This document shows positions 1-8,617 of a stretch of 58,723 nt of DNA, piece after piece. The number at the start of each line of letters is the position of its first letter. Position 1 is the first letter of the stretch. A program made the position numbers and the translations under genes. The stretch is taken from positions 1 through 58,723 of the IMG/VR virus record IMGVR_UViG_3300045955_000216; one strand, written 5' to 3'. The notes under the pieces are model-generated. The model was not told the origin of the DNA, did no database searches, and saw nothing but the letters and a program-made list of their open reading frames with translations. The stretch is from a virus. Lineage: Duplodnaviria > Caudoviricetes.

Positions 1-127
1 CCGGCGGCTCGGCCGCGTGGACCTTCCGGATATGCCGGGCGCGGGCCGGCCCGTGCGTGATCCGCGCGCATTCCCCGCACCCTGGCCGAGGCGACCACTT
101 CCCCGCTGCTCGTGTCATCCGCGGATC
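1..127. repeat. Terminal direct repeat, copy 1 (circularity/assembly overlap)
   Basis: 1-127 identical to 58597-58723. Confidence 0.95.
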
Positions 128-229
128 CTTCTGGGCGACCGGCCCGTCCCCCGTGAGGACGAGCGGCACCGTGCCGGGCGTGACCTCGATCCCATGCGCG
201 AGCCACTGATGCTTGGCGAGGTCGGCCAT
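1..229 (-). CDS. 5' part of a hypothetical protein spanning the circular junction (continues as 58454-58714)
   Basis: ATG at 229 gives MADLAKHQWLAHG..., in frame with MTRAAGKW... CGEC...H...H. Confidence 0.5.
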   Translation of the reverse strand, partial: MADLAKHQWLAHGIEVTPGTVPLVLTGDGPVAQKDPRMTRAAGKWSPRPGCGECARITHGPARARHIRKVHAAEPP

Positions 230-410
230 CGACGACCACGGGCCCGGGGCGGGGCACTTCGCGATCGGACAGCGGATCCCCGGTGCGATGGCGGCGCCTC
301 CCTCTGCCCGGCGGCCGCCACCGCTGGTAGGCGCCCCTCTTCTACCACGCTAGCCCCGGTACCTGTCAACAGGTTCGGACGTCGCTGGTCCCATCGCGGG
401 AGGCCAACCA

Positions 411-439
411 TTGACCGAAGCCGTTTCGCGTGCTATAAG
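411..439 (+). promoter_or_regulatory. sigma70-type early promoter
   Basis: TTGACC-17 nt-TATAAG with extended -10 TG; inverted repeat ACCTGT-CA-ACAGGT at 361-374 upstream. Confidence 0.8.
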
Positions 440-547
440 TTCTGACGTGGGAACGAGGACGCTCCGAATGCTCTGGCTCCGATGGGTGGTCGAGATGCTG
501 GCGGCCGCGGGCCTCGAGCTCGGCGGCTGGAACGAGGAGGTCTGACC

Positions 548-775
548 ATGACGCTGACGGCGGCCCTGGACGCGGCCACCCCGTTCGGCCTGGGCTATCG
601 GGTCGCGACGGCCTACGACGTGGCGCACGACGAGTACCTCGTGGCGCTCCGGACGCCCGACGAGCGGATCCGGGTCCGACTCTTCACCACGCACCCGGCG
701 GACAAGGGCTTCGCGGTCGAGCTGGCCGAGGCCCTCGAGATCCCCGTCCGGTGGACCCCGGAGACGGAGGGCTGA
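548..775 (+). CDS. Hypothetical early protein
   Basis: GAGGAGG RBS before ATG 548; first gene after promoter. Confidence 0.7.
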   Translation: MTLTAALDAATPFGLGYRVATAYDVAHDEYLVALRTPDERIRVRLFTTHPADKGFAVELAEALEIPVRWTPETEG

Positions 776-777
776 CC

Positions 778-1530
778 GTGATCTACCTGACTGGCGTGAG
801 CACCCCCGAGACGCGGCGCCTGCGGCGCGCGGACCTGGGGATCCTGGTCACGCCGGACACCGCCCGCTCGTACCGCCGCCACCTGGCCGACTACCCGGCC
901 GGCTTCGGCGTCGACAACGGCTGCTTCACGAACCCGGACCGGGACTTCGAGGCCTACCTCCGCTGGGTCGACACGCTACCCCGCGCGGCCTGCCACTTCG
1001 TCGTGGCGCCCGACGTGGTGGGCGACATGGCCGCGACCTGGACGCGGAGCGCCCCGTACCTGGCGCGGATCCGGGCCCTCGGGTTCCCGGCCGCCCTGGT
1101 CGTGGGCGACGGCCTGGTCGTGCGGTGGGACGGGCGGACGCGGACCACCACGGTCGAGCTCCCGGACGGGACCCCGTTCCCCTGGGACGCCGCGGACGTC
1201 TTCTTCCTCGGCGGGTCGACCGCCTGGAAGGTCTCCCTCGAGGCCGGCCGCTTCACCGACGAGGCCGTCCGGCATGGGAAGCGCGTCCACATGGGCCGGG
1301 TCAACAGCTTCGAGCGGCTCGAGCTCGCCGCGATCGCGTGCGCGACGGCGGACGGGACCTTCCTGGCGTTCGGGCCGCGCGCGAACCTCCCGCGGCTGCT
1401 CGAGTGGCTGGACGCCCTCGAGTGGATCGAGCCGGGGATGGGCCGGCCGCCGGAGCGGATGACGGCCCGCAACATCGTGCGACACGCCGCACCCTCACGT
1501 TACGCCCTGCCCCGAAAGGAGGCCGCATGA
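778..1530 (+). CDS. TGT/DpdA-like TIM-barrel protein (putative base-exchange enzyme)
   Basis: Motifs VDNGCF, APDVVGD, FLGGSTAWK, VHMGRVNS, ADGT parallel the TGT-family motif order. Confidence 0.5.
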   Translation: MIYLTGVSTPETRRLRRADLGILVTPDTARSYRRHLADYPAGFGVDNGCFTNPDRDFEAYLRWVDTLPRAACHFVVAPDVVGDMAATWTRSAPYLARIRALGFPAALVVGDGLVVRWDGRTRTTTVELPDGTPFPWDAADVFFLGGSTAWKVSLEAGRFTDEAVRHGKRVHMGRVNSFERLELAAIACATADGTFLAFGPRANLPRLLEWLDALEWIEPGMGRPPERMTARNIVRHAAPSRYALPRKEAA

Positions 1531-1745
1531 CCCCCGAAGATCGTCTGGTACTCCACTACGGCGACGTCCGCCTGGTCCTCACGCGACGGACCCTGAGCCG
1601 GATCGTCACGTTCCTCGGGGCGCTCGCGCTGGAGGAGCCAGGGCTCGACGTCTGCGACTCGAACACCGGCTTCAACACGAGCTACCGGGATTGGGCCCGC
1701 GAGCTCCGCGCCGAGATCCTACCCGACCGAAAGGAGGCCGCGTGA
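1527..1745 (+). CDS. Hypothetical protein
   Basis: AAGGAGG RBS, ATGA coupling. Confidence 0.7.
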   Translation: MTPEDRLVLHYGDVRLVLTRRTLSRIVTFLGALALEEPGLDVCDSNTGFNTSYRDWARELRAEILPDRKEAA

Positions 1746-1763
1746 CGGCGGTACGCCCCGGGC

Positions 1764-1791
1764 TTGACGAATCCGATTCGCGTGCTATAAG
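1764..1791 (+). promoter_or_regulatory. Second sigma70-type early promoter
   Basis: TTGACG-16 nt-TATAAG; shares TTCGCGTGCTATAAGT with the 411-439 promoter. Confidence 0.8.
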
Positions 1792-1815
1792 TCTAGTGGG
1801 AGAAAGGAGGGCGTC

Positions 1816-2184
1816 ATGGGCTGGGACTTCGCGAAGGGCGCCACGAAGGCGGACGTCGTGGCGGAGGTCGCGGCCGGCTGGACGGGGACGCGCTGCCTCC
1901 GGCACACGGTCAAGGGGCGGGTCGTCTGGGCGGTGATGGAGACGACGCACCCAGACCGCGTCGAGCGGTGGATCCGCTGCACGCTCCTGGACACCGCGCG
2001 CATCCACGGCGAGCTCTGCTGGGGCCGGAAGGACATGGACGAGACGATGGGCCCGTTCTACTACGACTGCCCGCTCGAGTACCTCGCGCTGGCGCCGGAG
2101 ACCAACCCCGCCTGGCGGGCGAAGGTCCTCGCGCACCACGGGGTCGCGGCGGTGCCGCCCGTGACGGCGGAGCTCTTCGCATGA
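1816..2184 (+). CDS. DUF6927-like protein
   Basis: MGW start and WGxKDMDETMGPFYYDCP...WR motif; AAGGAGG RBS. Confidence 0.65.
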   Translation: MGWDFAKGATKADVVAEVAAGWTGTRCLRHTVKGRVVWAVMETTHPDRVERWIRCTLLDTARIHGELCWGRKDMDETMGPFYYDCPLEYLALAPETNPAWRAKVLAHHGVAAVPPVTAELFA

Positions 2185-2375
2185 CCGCGCTCGAGCTGGT
2201 CCGCGCGGTCGGCCGCCGGGCGGTGGTGACGACGGCCGAGCATCTCGCCATCACGGTCCGGATCCTCGACGGGAAGGTGAGCTATGGAACCCCGCGGTTC
2301 CTGGTGACGCCGCTCGCCGGCGCCGGGACCGCCTGGATCAACGCCGACCGGCTGACGCTGGAAGAGGAGGGCTGA
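2181..2375 (+). CDS. Hypothetical protein
   Basis: ATGA coupling, high GC3. Confidence 0.7.
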   Translation: MTALELVRAVGRRAVVTTAEHLAITVRILDGKVSYGTPRFLVTPLAGAGTAWINADRLTLEEEG

Positions 2376-2378
2376 CCA

Positions 2379-2633
2379 ATGAAGGTCTGGGTCTACCGCG
2401 AGGCAAAGGACGGGATCTGGTGCGGGGAGTGCGTCCGCGAGGTCCCGGGCCCGGACGACCCGCCGGCCCTCGCCGAGCTGCGCGCGATCGAGCTCCCGCT
2501 CCGCCCGCGGAACCGGGTCCTCGACATCGCGCTCGGCCGGCTGGCCTGCGACGCCTGCGGCGGCAACCTCGAGGACCTCGAGGCGGAATTCGCCGCGCAC
2601 CCGAAGCTGGCGACCGTCAACCCCTACCTGTGA
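2379..2633 (+). CDS. Hypothetical Zn-finger protein
   Basis: CGEC and CDAC; GGAGG RBS. Confidence 0.7.
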   Translation: MKVWVYREAKDGIWCGECVREVPGPDDPPALAELRAIELPLRPRNRVLDIALGRLACDACGGNLEDLEAEFAAHPKLATVNPYL

Positions 2634-2645
2634 GGAGGGCGGACC

Positions 2646-3407
2646 ATGACGCGGCGTGAACGGCTCGAGGCCCGGATCGAGAAGCGGGCCGAGTGGGCGG
2701 ACAAGGCCCGCGCCCGCTCGGATGCCCGCTTCAAGACGGTTCGCACGATGCTCGACATGATGAACGGGAACCCGATCAAGGTGGGCCATCACTCCGAGCG
2801 GGGCCACCGGCGGGACATCGCCCGCGTCGACGCGAACATCTCGAAGGGCGTCGCCGAGGGGAAGCTCGCCGAGCTCCACACCAGCAAGGCCGGGAACCTC
2901 GAGGCCGCGCTCGAGCGGACGATCTTCTCGGACGACGCGAACGCGATCGAGGCCCTCGAGGCGAAGATCGCCGAGCTCGAGGCCGAGCGGACCCGGATGA
3001 AGGCGATCAACGCGGCCTACAAGAAGCGGGACGCCGGCAAGCTCGCCGAGTTGGGGCTCACGCTCGAGGCCCTCACGGCGAAGCTGGCGGCCGCCGGCCC
3101 TTATTGGGGCGACCGGCCGCACCTCCCCTATGAGCTCACGAACCTGGGCGCGCGGATCCGGGACGCGAAGGCCCGGATCGAGGAGATCCGGCGCCGGACG
3201 GCCCGGAACGAGCGCGCCGAGGCCGCGCCCGACGGCGTCCTGATCGAGGGCGCCGACTACGTCGCGGTCACGTTCGCGGAGAAACCCGAGCGCCGGATCC
3301 TCGAGGCCCTCAAAGCCGCGGGGTTCCACTGGTCCGGCGGCTCCTGGTGCGGATACCGTGCGAAGCTGCCGGCCGAGCTCGCGCCGGCGGAAGGAGAGAC
3401 GGCATGA
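2646..3407 (+). CDS. DUF3560 domain protein
   Basis: RRERL...PIKVGHHSERGHRR signature. Confidence 0.85.
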   Translation: MTRRERLEARIEKRAEWADKARARSDARFKTVRTMLDMMNGNPIKVGHHSERGHRRDIARVDANISKGVAEGKLAELHTSKAGNLEAALERTIFSDDANAIEALEAKIAELEAERTRMKAINAAYKKRDAGKLAELGLTLEALTAKLAAAGPYWGDRPHLPYELTNLGARIRDAKARIEEIRRRTARNERAEAAPDGVLIEGADYVAVTFAEKPERRILEALKAAGFHWSGGSWCGYRAKLPAELAPAEGETA

Positions 3408-3865
3408 CGACCACCGCCGCCCCGATGGTCCGCACCTGGACCAACGTCGGGATCCTCCACTCTGAGACGCCGGAGCTGCGCGCCCGGCTCGAGGGGATGT
3501 TCGATCGGCTCCCCTGGAAGCGGTACACGCCGGGCGCCGAAGAGGCGATGATGCCGGCGCTCGGGATCCGCGCCGCGATCAACGAGCTCCGGATCCCGCG
3601 GGTCAGCCACTACGCGATCTCGAATGAGCTCGCGCCCTACGGGCTCTACGCCATCCGCGGGCACTTCCTCAACGGGCGCGTCGACGTGTACCTGGTCGAC
3701 GAGGGGAGCTCGCTGGTCGTCCTCGCGTCCGACCACTGGCCGGGCTGCACGACGCCGACCCCGATCGGCGAGTACGGCGCCACGGTCCCCTGCGGCGAGA
3801 CGGTGGCCGTGCCGGGCCGGAAGCCCTTCGCGCGCCTGTGCCCGCTCTGCCGGGGCGAGGGCTGA
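3404..3865 (+). CDS. Hypothetical protein
   Basis: ATGA coupling, RBS; C-terminal Cys cluster. Confidence 0.7.
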   Translation: MTTTAAPMVRTWTNVGILHSETPELRARLEGMFDRLPWKRYTPGAEEAMMPALGIRAAINELRIPRVSHYAISNELAPYGLYAIRGHFLNGRVDVYLVDEGSSLVVLASDHWPGCTTPTPIGEYGATVPCGETVAVPGRKPFARLCPLCRGEG

Positions 3866-3867
3866 CA

Positions 3868-4095
3868 ATGGACGCCAAACTCGCCGCGCTCTACGGCACC
3901 GGCATGAGCCGGCTCCTCAAGGTCGCCGTCATCCGGGATCCCACGGTCCCGCCTGGCGCCCCCGCGCCGCTCTGGCTGAACTGCCCGTGCGGCGCCAAGC
4001 CGGCGACGACCTGGAGCGGGCCGCCGATCCGGTGCGCCTGCGGGGTGGTCTACAGCCGAACGGGCCGGGTCCTGACCCGGCCGACAGGAGCCTGA
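3868..4095 (+). CDS. Small Zn-ribbon protein
   Basis: CPCG...CACG. Confidence 0.6.
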   Translation: MDAKLAALYGTGMSRLLKVAVIRDPTVPPGAPAPLWLNCPCGAKPATTWSGPPIRCACGVVYSRTGRVLTRPTGA

Positions 4096-4096
4096 C

Positions 4097-4309
4097 ATGG
4101 CCTGGGCCGGCGAGGTTCACTTCATGATCGGGCGGTACTGGAAGAGCTTCGGCGTCCCCCCGGAGAAGACCGACCTTCCCGGGACCGCGGCGAACCGCGC
4201 GATTACCGCCGCGCGGCGCCGCCTCCCGAAGGGGACGCGCGTCGAAGAGGTCCGCGTCTACTTGCGCCGCTACACGCCGGCGGCCGCCGAGTCGCCGAAG
4301 GAGGGATGA
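4097..4309 (+). CDS. Hypothetical protein
   Basis: AGGAG RBS, operon context. Confidence 0.6.
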   Translation: MAWAGEVHFMIGRYWKSFGVPPEKTDLPGTAANRAITAARRRLPKGTRVEEVRVYLRRYTPAAAESPKEG

Positions 4310-4563
4310 TGGGCGCGCACGACGTCCGGAACCTCCGCTACTGCGACACCTGTCATGCGCTCGGCTGGAAGGACGAGTTTCTCGAGGACGGACCGCGGCG
4401 CGAGAAGCGGCCCTCCATCTGCGTCGCGTGCGCCTACAAGGCGGCCGGCAGTCTCGAGGCCTTCACGGCTCGATATGACCGCGCCGAATGGGGGAAGCTG
4501 CCCCTGGATCTGATCGGGGGCGACGCCATGTCACGGCTCCTCGACCTCGTGAAGGGGGGATGA
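4306..4563 (+). CDS. Hypothetical Zn-finger protein
   Basis: CDTC...CVAC; coupled starts. Confidence 0.65.
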   Translation: MMGAHDVRNLRYCDTCHALGWKDEFLEDGPRREKRPSICVACAYKAAGSLEAFTARYDRAEWGKLPLDLIGGDAMSRLLDLVKGG

Positions 4564-4799
4564 TGCCCACGTTCATGACCCTGACCGAGGCCCTCGCCCA
4601 CCACGGTCGCTACAGCGGGAAGACCTGGCTCGCCGCCTTCCGGCGCGGCGTCGAGGCCGGCTGGGCGAAGATGTCGATCGACGACAACCCGTACCGGAAA
4701 CGCGGCTGGGGGGCCGGGATGCACAACGCCTGGCACCGCGGCTGGCGCGACGCACGCGAGGGCCGGGTCCGCCCGGATCCTGGGGCGCCGGCCTCATGA
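4560..4799 (+). CDS. Rmf/CrpP-fold small protein
   Basis: AFRRGVEAG...NPY...AWHRGWRDA matches the Rmf pattern (RGYxAG..CPY..WLGGWREA). Confidence 0.6.
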   Translation: MMPTFMTLTEALAHHGRYSGKTWLAAFRRGVEAGWAKMSIDDNPYRKRGWGAGMHNAWHRGWRDAREGRVRPDPGAPAS

Positions 4800-5029
4800 C
4801 CACCTGGTCCGGCCACTACGAGGTCGCCCTCGCGGGCGGCCATCGCCACGCCGGCGTCGTCACCGTGCGCGCCTGGACACCGGCGCGCGCGATGGCGGCC
4901 GCCACCCAGGAGGCGATCGACGCGGCGCGGACGGCGACCTTCGGGGGGCTGTCGATCGGGGCCCTCATCGAGAGAGACACCGCGGTCCTTGAGGTCGCCC
5001 TCAGCCTGACGATGGAGGATCCGTCATGA
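4796..5029 (+). CDS. Hypothetical protein
   Basis: ATGA coupling. Confidence 0.6.
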   Translation: MTTWSGHYEVALAGGHRHAGVVTVRAWTPARAMAAATQEAIDAARTATFGGLSIGALIERDTAVLEVALSLTMEDPS

Positions 5030-5412
5030 CCACCTGTGCCACGCACCCCGCCGTCGAGCTCGTCTGCCCCGCGTGCCTGGGCGCGCGGAACGCCGGCCAG
5101 CGGTCCCGGGCGAAGCTCGAGGCCGCGGCGAAGAACCTCCGCAAGGCCCGGCGCGGCCGGCGCCAGGCCGATCAGCTCCGCTTCCGGGCCCTCGCGAAGG
5201 CCAGCCCGCGGTTCGATCCGACGGTCCCCGTCACGGGGGCCGTCGTCCGCGGGATCCGCGGCCGCTTCGGACTGACTCAGGCCCAGCTCGCGCGGCGCCT
5301 CGAGCTGACGCCGGCGACCATCGCCGCCTGGGAGACCGACCGCTGGCCGATCCCGAAGCGGCGGGAGCTCGCGCTCAGGAAGGTGTTCGTGAGCTGGATC
5401 CGGGCGTCGTAG
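5026..5412 (+). CDS. XRE-family HTH protein with N-terminal Cys/His motif
   Basis: IRGRFGLTQAQLARRLELTPATIAAWET. Confidence 0.85.
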   Translation: MTTCATHPAVELVCPACLGARNAGQRSRAKLEAAAKNLRKARRGRRQADQLRFRALAKASPRFDPTVPVTGAVVRGIRGRFGLTQAQLARRLELTPATIAAWETDRWPIPKRRELALRKVFVSWIRAS

Positions 5413-5632
5413 GCTCCCCGCCCAGGAGCTCCCGCGCGTCGATCGCCCGGATCGGCGCCCCGAAGACCTCGGACGCCGCCTCCGCGGTGAGTCGCACCAG
5501 GAGGCGGCGGCTCACCCCTTGCGCGAGGAGCCGCTGGCTCAGGGCCGACACCAGCGCCTCGAGGACCTTCCGCACCAGGCGGAGCTCCTCCCCGTCGAGC
5601 TCGATCGTCCCGTCCTCCCGCTCCCGGATCAT
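5375..5632 (-). CDS. Hypothetical protein
   Basis: GAGG RBS; end of minus-strand operon. Confidence 0.55.
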   Translation of the reverse strand: MIREREDGTIELDGEELRLVRKVLEALVSALSQRLLAQGVSRRLLVRLTAEAASEVFGAPIRAIDARELLGGEPTTPGSSSRTPS

Positions 5633-5642
5633 GCGTCCCCCC

Positions 5643-6308
5643 TCAGCGCGGCCAACCGCAGGGAGGGGGAACTGTTAGACTAGGGGTCAACCAAGCCGTT
5701 AGACGAGGGGAGGTCAATGGAAGCCCGCACCACGTCAAGCCATTCTCCGTTCCAATCGTGGCTTCGTGACGAGAAGAGGCGCCGTGGCGAGACGTGGGAA
5801 GCACTTGCGGCGCGCTCGGGTGTTTCGCGGATAGTGGTCCCTCCTCGACCCGGATCCGGAGGCCCCACCGCGCGCGATCGCGCCGGGTCTCCTGGCTGTA
5901 GGTGAAGACATGGCCGGCGCTCCGCCGGTCGTCCTGGATCAAGCCCGCCTTGATGAGCCCGTCCCGCGCGCCCTTGCACCCATACGGGAGGTTGTCGTCG
6001 TCCCAGGGCCCGCCGACGACGGCGTGGAAGTGGATCCGCTTCGGGGCCCGCGGGTCGATGACCCGGCGCCAGAGCGCCCGCTGGACTGTCCCCCAGACCG
6101 CGAGCTTCCACCGCTTCCGGTAGCCCGCCTCGATCCGCCAGTGGGTACTCCCCCGCCGGCCGGGGCCCTCGAGGCGCCCCGGGATCCAGAGCTCGAGGGG
6201 CCAGACGCCGTCTAGGCGCGTCCCCTCATCCTGGGACATAGCCGGCCCCATCCCGGGAGCGCCTGGCGGCCCTAGCGCCCCGTAGGCGCCGGATTCAGGC
6301 TGGGCCAT
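5643..6308 (-). CDS. RusA-like Holliday junction resolvase/endonuclease
   Basis: DDDNL..GCK..RDGL..AG..QDD catalytic pattern. Confidence 0.7.
   Translation of the reverse strand: MAQPESGAYGALGPPGAPGMGPAMSQDEGTRLDGVWPLELWIPGRLEGPGRRGSTHWRIEAGYRKRWKLAVWGTVQRALWRRVIDPRAPKRIHFHAVVGGPWDDDNLPYGCKGARDGLIKAGLIQDDRRSAGHVFTYSQETRRDRARWGLRIRVEEGPLSAKHPSAPQVLPTSRHGASSRHEATIGTENGLTWCGLPLTSPRLTAWLTPSLTVPPPCGWPR
5717..5905 (+). pseudogene. Truncated XRE HTH gene remnant
   Basis: GGAGG RBS; FQSWLRDEKRRRGETWEALAARSGVSR then abrupt loss of similarity. Confidence 0.4.
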
Positions 6309-6886
6309 TCGACGATCTCCGTCTGGATCCGGGCCAGGGTTGCCTGGAGCACGTCGCCGACCGCCCTCGGCTCGCCCCCCCGCCAGGTCGGTTCCGGCCG
6401 ATCCGATCCCCCCTGCATGGGTGCGTGAGCACCCCTCCGGCCCCCCTCGGACGGGACGGGAGTGGACGGGAGAGGACGGGACGGGAGAGGAGTAGACGCG
6501 GTGACTAACGCCGTCCGTAACGCGTGACTCTCCTGCTGGAGCTTCTCCCGGTGCCGGGTCTGGCGTAACGCGGACCCCTTCCGTTGCGCGGCGCGTTCCT
6601 GGGCGGAGAGGTTGTGCTCGAGGTAGTCATGGACGAACCACCCCCCGACCGCTTCATCCCAGAGGTCGGCCTGGACGAGGGCCTCGAGCTCCCGCTTCGT
6701 CGGCTTCGGCGCCCCTGGCATGAGCATGGTCAGGTCCTCGGCCCGGATCTTCCCGTCGGTCTCGTAGAGCTGGCAGAACTGGATGCTCGCGACGTAGAGG
6801 CCGTACACCGCCTTCGCGAGCGAGGGAGGGAGGGAGCGGACTTTGCGATGGTGCGCGAGTCGATCATCGAGCTTGACCCAGGACAT
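6272..6886 (-). CDS. Putative replication initiator/replisome organizer
   Basis: MSWVKLDD..HHRKV...GLY...TDG...HDYLEHN N-terminus typical of phage initiators; internal repeats. Confidence 0.65.
   Translation of the reverse strand: MSWVKLDDRLAHHRKVRSLPPSLAKAVYGLYVASIQFCQLYETDGKIRAEDLTMLMPGAPKPTKRELEALVQADLWDEAVGGWFVHDYLEHNLSAQERAAQRKGSALRQTRHREKLQQESHALRTALVTASTPLPSRPLPSTPVPSEGGRRGAHAPMQGGSDRPEPTWRGGEPRAVGDVLQATLARIQTEIVEWPSLNPAPTGR
6449..6572. repeat. Iteron-like repeats, putative replication origin
   Basis: Tandem GACGG(GA) units at 6449-6490, plus repeated CGTAACGCG/GTGACT inside the initiator gene. Confidence 0.45.
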
Positions 6887-6987
6887 TCAGTCTCCCCGCC
6901 GCCGCGGTGACATGGGAACCCCGACCGCCGCCGGCGTGGCGGCGCCGACGACGATCGGGTGCTTTCGGGATTGCCCCCGACCTACCC

Positions 6988-7176
6988 CTAGCAGCCCTTC
7001 CCCTTCCCCTTGCCGCCTGGGGTCGGGTAGCCGGGCTTGCTGCCGCCCTTGTCCTTCGCCATCGTGCGCCTCACCTCCTCCCCGTGCTTCATCCGCCGGG
7101 CTTGCGCCTGGCGCTTGTAGTCGGCCATGACGGCCCCGGACGAGAAGCCCATCCCCGGCGCCGGCCAGCGGCTCAT
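6988..7176 (-). CDS. Small basic hypothetical protein
   Basis: Coupled to upstream stop; Lys/Gly-rich tail. Confidence 0.45.
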   Translation of the reverse strand: MSRWPAPGMGFSSGAVMADYKRQAQARRMKHGEEVRRTMAKDKGGSKPGYPTPGGKGKGKGC

Positions 7177-7583
7177 GCGTCCGCGGCCGCCTGGCGCTCG
7201 AGGGCGAGCTCCTGCTGACGCTGCGCCTCGGCCTTCATGCGGGCGAGCTCCCGCTCGTCTCGCGTCGCGCGCCGGCGGTAGAGCACCTCGCCGGTGTCTT
7301 TGCGCGCCGCGAGGATCTCGTCGTCCTGGCCGTCGTACCGGACGGCGACCTCCACCGGCTCCTGGCGGGACCGCTCGAGCACGAGGCGCTGCCAGTGGGT
7401 GACCTCGTGGTCCATCCGCTCGACGGCTTCCTTGAATTCCTTCCGGCGGGTCGCCTCCTCAAGCTCCGCGTCGCCCTTCTTCTGGAGGGCGCGGGCGAGC
7501 TGGTCCCCGGCCTCCTGGAGCTCCTCGGGGGTGAGTGGGACGGGCAGGATCCGGGTGTCGGTCCAAGTGACGTCGTGGGTCAT
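7173..7583 (-). CDS. Hypothetical coiled-coil protein
   Basis: AAGGAG RBS before MTHDVTW. Confidence 0.75.
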   Translation of the reverse strand: MTHDVTWTDTRILPVPLTPEELQEAGDQLARALQKKGDAELEEATRRKEFKEAVERMDHEVTHWQRLVLERSRQEPVEVAVRYDGQDDEILAARKDTGEVLYRRRATRDERELARMKAEAQRQQELALERQAAADA

Positions 7584-7900
7584 GGGCGCTCCTTTCGGAA
7601 GTCGTCGGCGTTCGGGCAGGTGGCGAAGTGGCTCTCGTGGCCGAGGATCCTGCAGGGCCCGTCGACCACGCGCCGACGCCCGCCCTCGAGCTCCTCGACC
7701 ATCTGGAAGACGCGCAGGGTGTCTCCCTCGGGCGTGACCAGGACCAGCGGCTTGATGATCCGGCCGGGCCCAGGATCCGGGGGCCGCTCCGTCCAGACGC
7801 GGTACTCCTCCGGGGTCCGGGACTCGACGGGGATGTACTTCTGGGTCCGCGGGCTCGCCACGAACCCGATCTCCGCCTGGCACCCGCGACAGCGGGCCAC
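7580..7900 (-). CDS. Zn-binding hypothetical protein
   Basis: CRGC...SHFATCP pattern common in phages. Confidence 0.7.
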   Translation of the reverse strand: MARCRGCQAEIGFVASPRTQKYIPVESRTPEEYRVWTERPPDPGPGRIIKPLVLVTPEGDTLRVFQMVEELEGGRRRVVDGPCRILGHESHFATCPNADDFRKERP

Positions 7901-8127
7901 TAGCCGCCGTCCACGATGCGGGCGATCGACTCGACCTCCGCCTTCTGCCGTTGCACCACCGCTCGGATCTCGCGCGCCAGGTCAGCCAGGAGCCACGTTG
8001 ACGCCTCGATGGTGATCCGCTTGGAGCGGCTCTCCACGACGAGCTGGATGCTCCCGAGGGTCGGGCCCGAGACGTTGACCGTGTGGAGGTCCTCCCGGGA
8101 CACGCGGAGGCACCGGCGGCGCGTCAC
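7900..8127 (-). CDS. Hypothetical protein
   Basis: Operon packing. Confidence 0.55.
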   Translation of the reverse strand: MTRRRCLRVSREDLHTVNVSGPTLGSIQLVVESRSKRITIEASTWLLADLAREIRAVVQRQKAEVESIARIVDGG

Positions 8128-8296
8128 GACGCCCGCCGCTCCTCGCGCGTCACCGGGTCGATGACCGCGACGACCTTCCCGGTCTCGGGGTCGATCCGCC
8201 GGCAGAGGCTCGGGGCGTAGGTCACGCCACGACGGACGGGCACCTCACCCCGGAGCGTGTGGGCGTCGGGACGGACTGGAACGGTCGCGGATGGGG

Positions 8297-8617
8297 TCAT
8301 GCGTCGTCTCCTTGCCATCGCCAGACGGGCGACTCGTGTCCGTGGTTGCTTGGGTGCGCGGACCGTCGGGCCCCGACCTTCTGCCAGCCCTTGCCGGCGA
8401 AGATGGGGCCCCACGCCTTGCCGCTCGAGGGCTCGAGCCCGAGCTCGGCCGCCCGCACCCGGAGGTCGTCGATGTGGACGCTGCCCCGCTCGACCGACAG
8501 CCGGATCGCCTCGGCCCGCATCCGGAGGACGAAGGCCCGGTCCGCGCTCACGGCCTGATCCATGCCGATCCGCTTGCGCCGGAGGCCGGTCGGGAGGTCA
8601 AGCTGGATGGGCGTCAT
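8297..8617 (-). CDS. Hypothetical protein
   Basis: Coupled to MTase stop; AWG..F...SNHG..W motif. Confidence 0.7.
   Translation of the reverse strand: MTPIQLDLPTGLRRKRIGMDQAVSADRAFVLRMRAEAIRLSVERGSVHIDDLRVRAAELGLEPSSGKAWGPIFAGKGWQKVGARRSAHPSNHGHESPVWRWQGDDA

Noticed and set aside
1-127. Terminal repeat as biological DTR
   Set aside because: 127 bp matches a common assembler k-mer and falls inside an ORF; it indicates circularity only
339-369. Leftward promoter TTGACA...TAGAAG
   Set aside because: 19-nt spacer and weak -10; possible but unsupported
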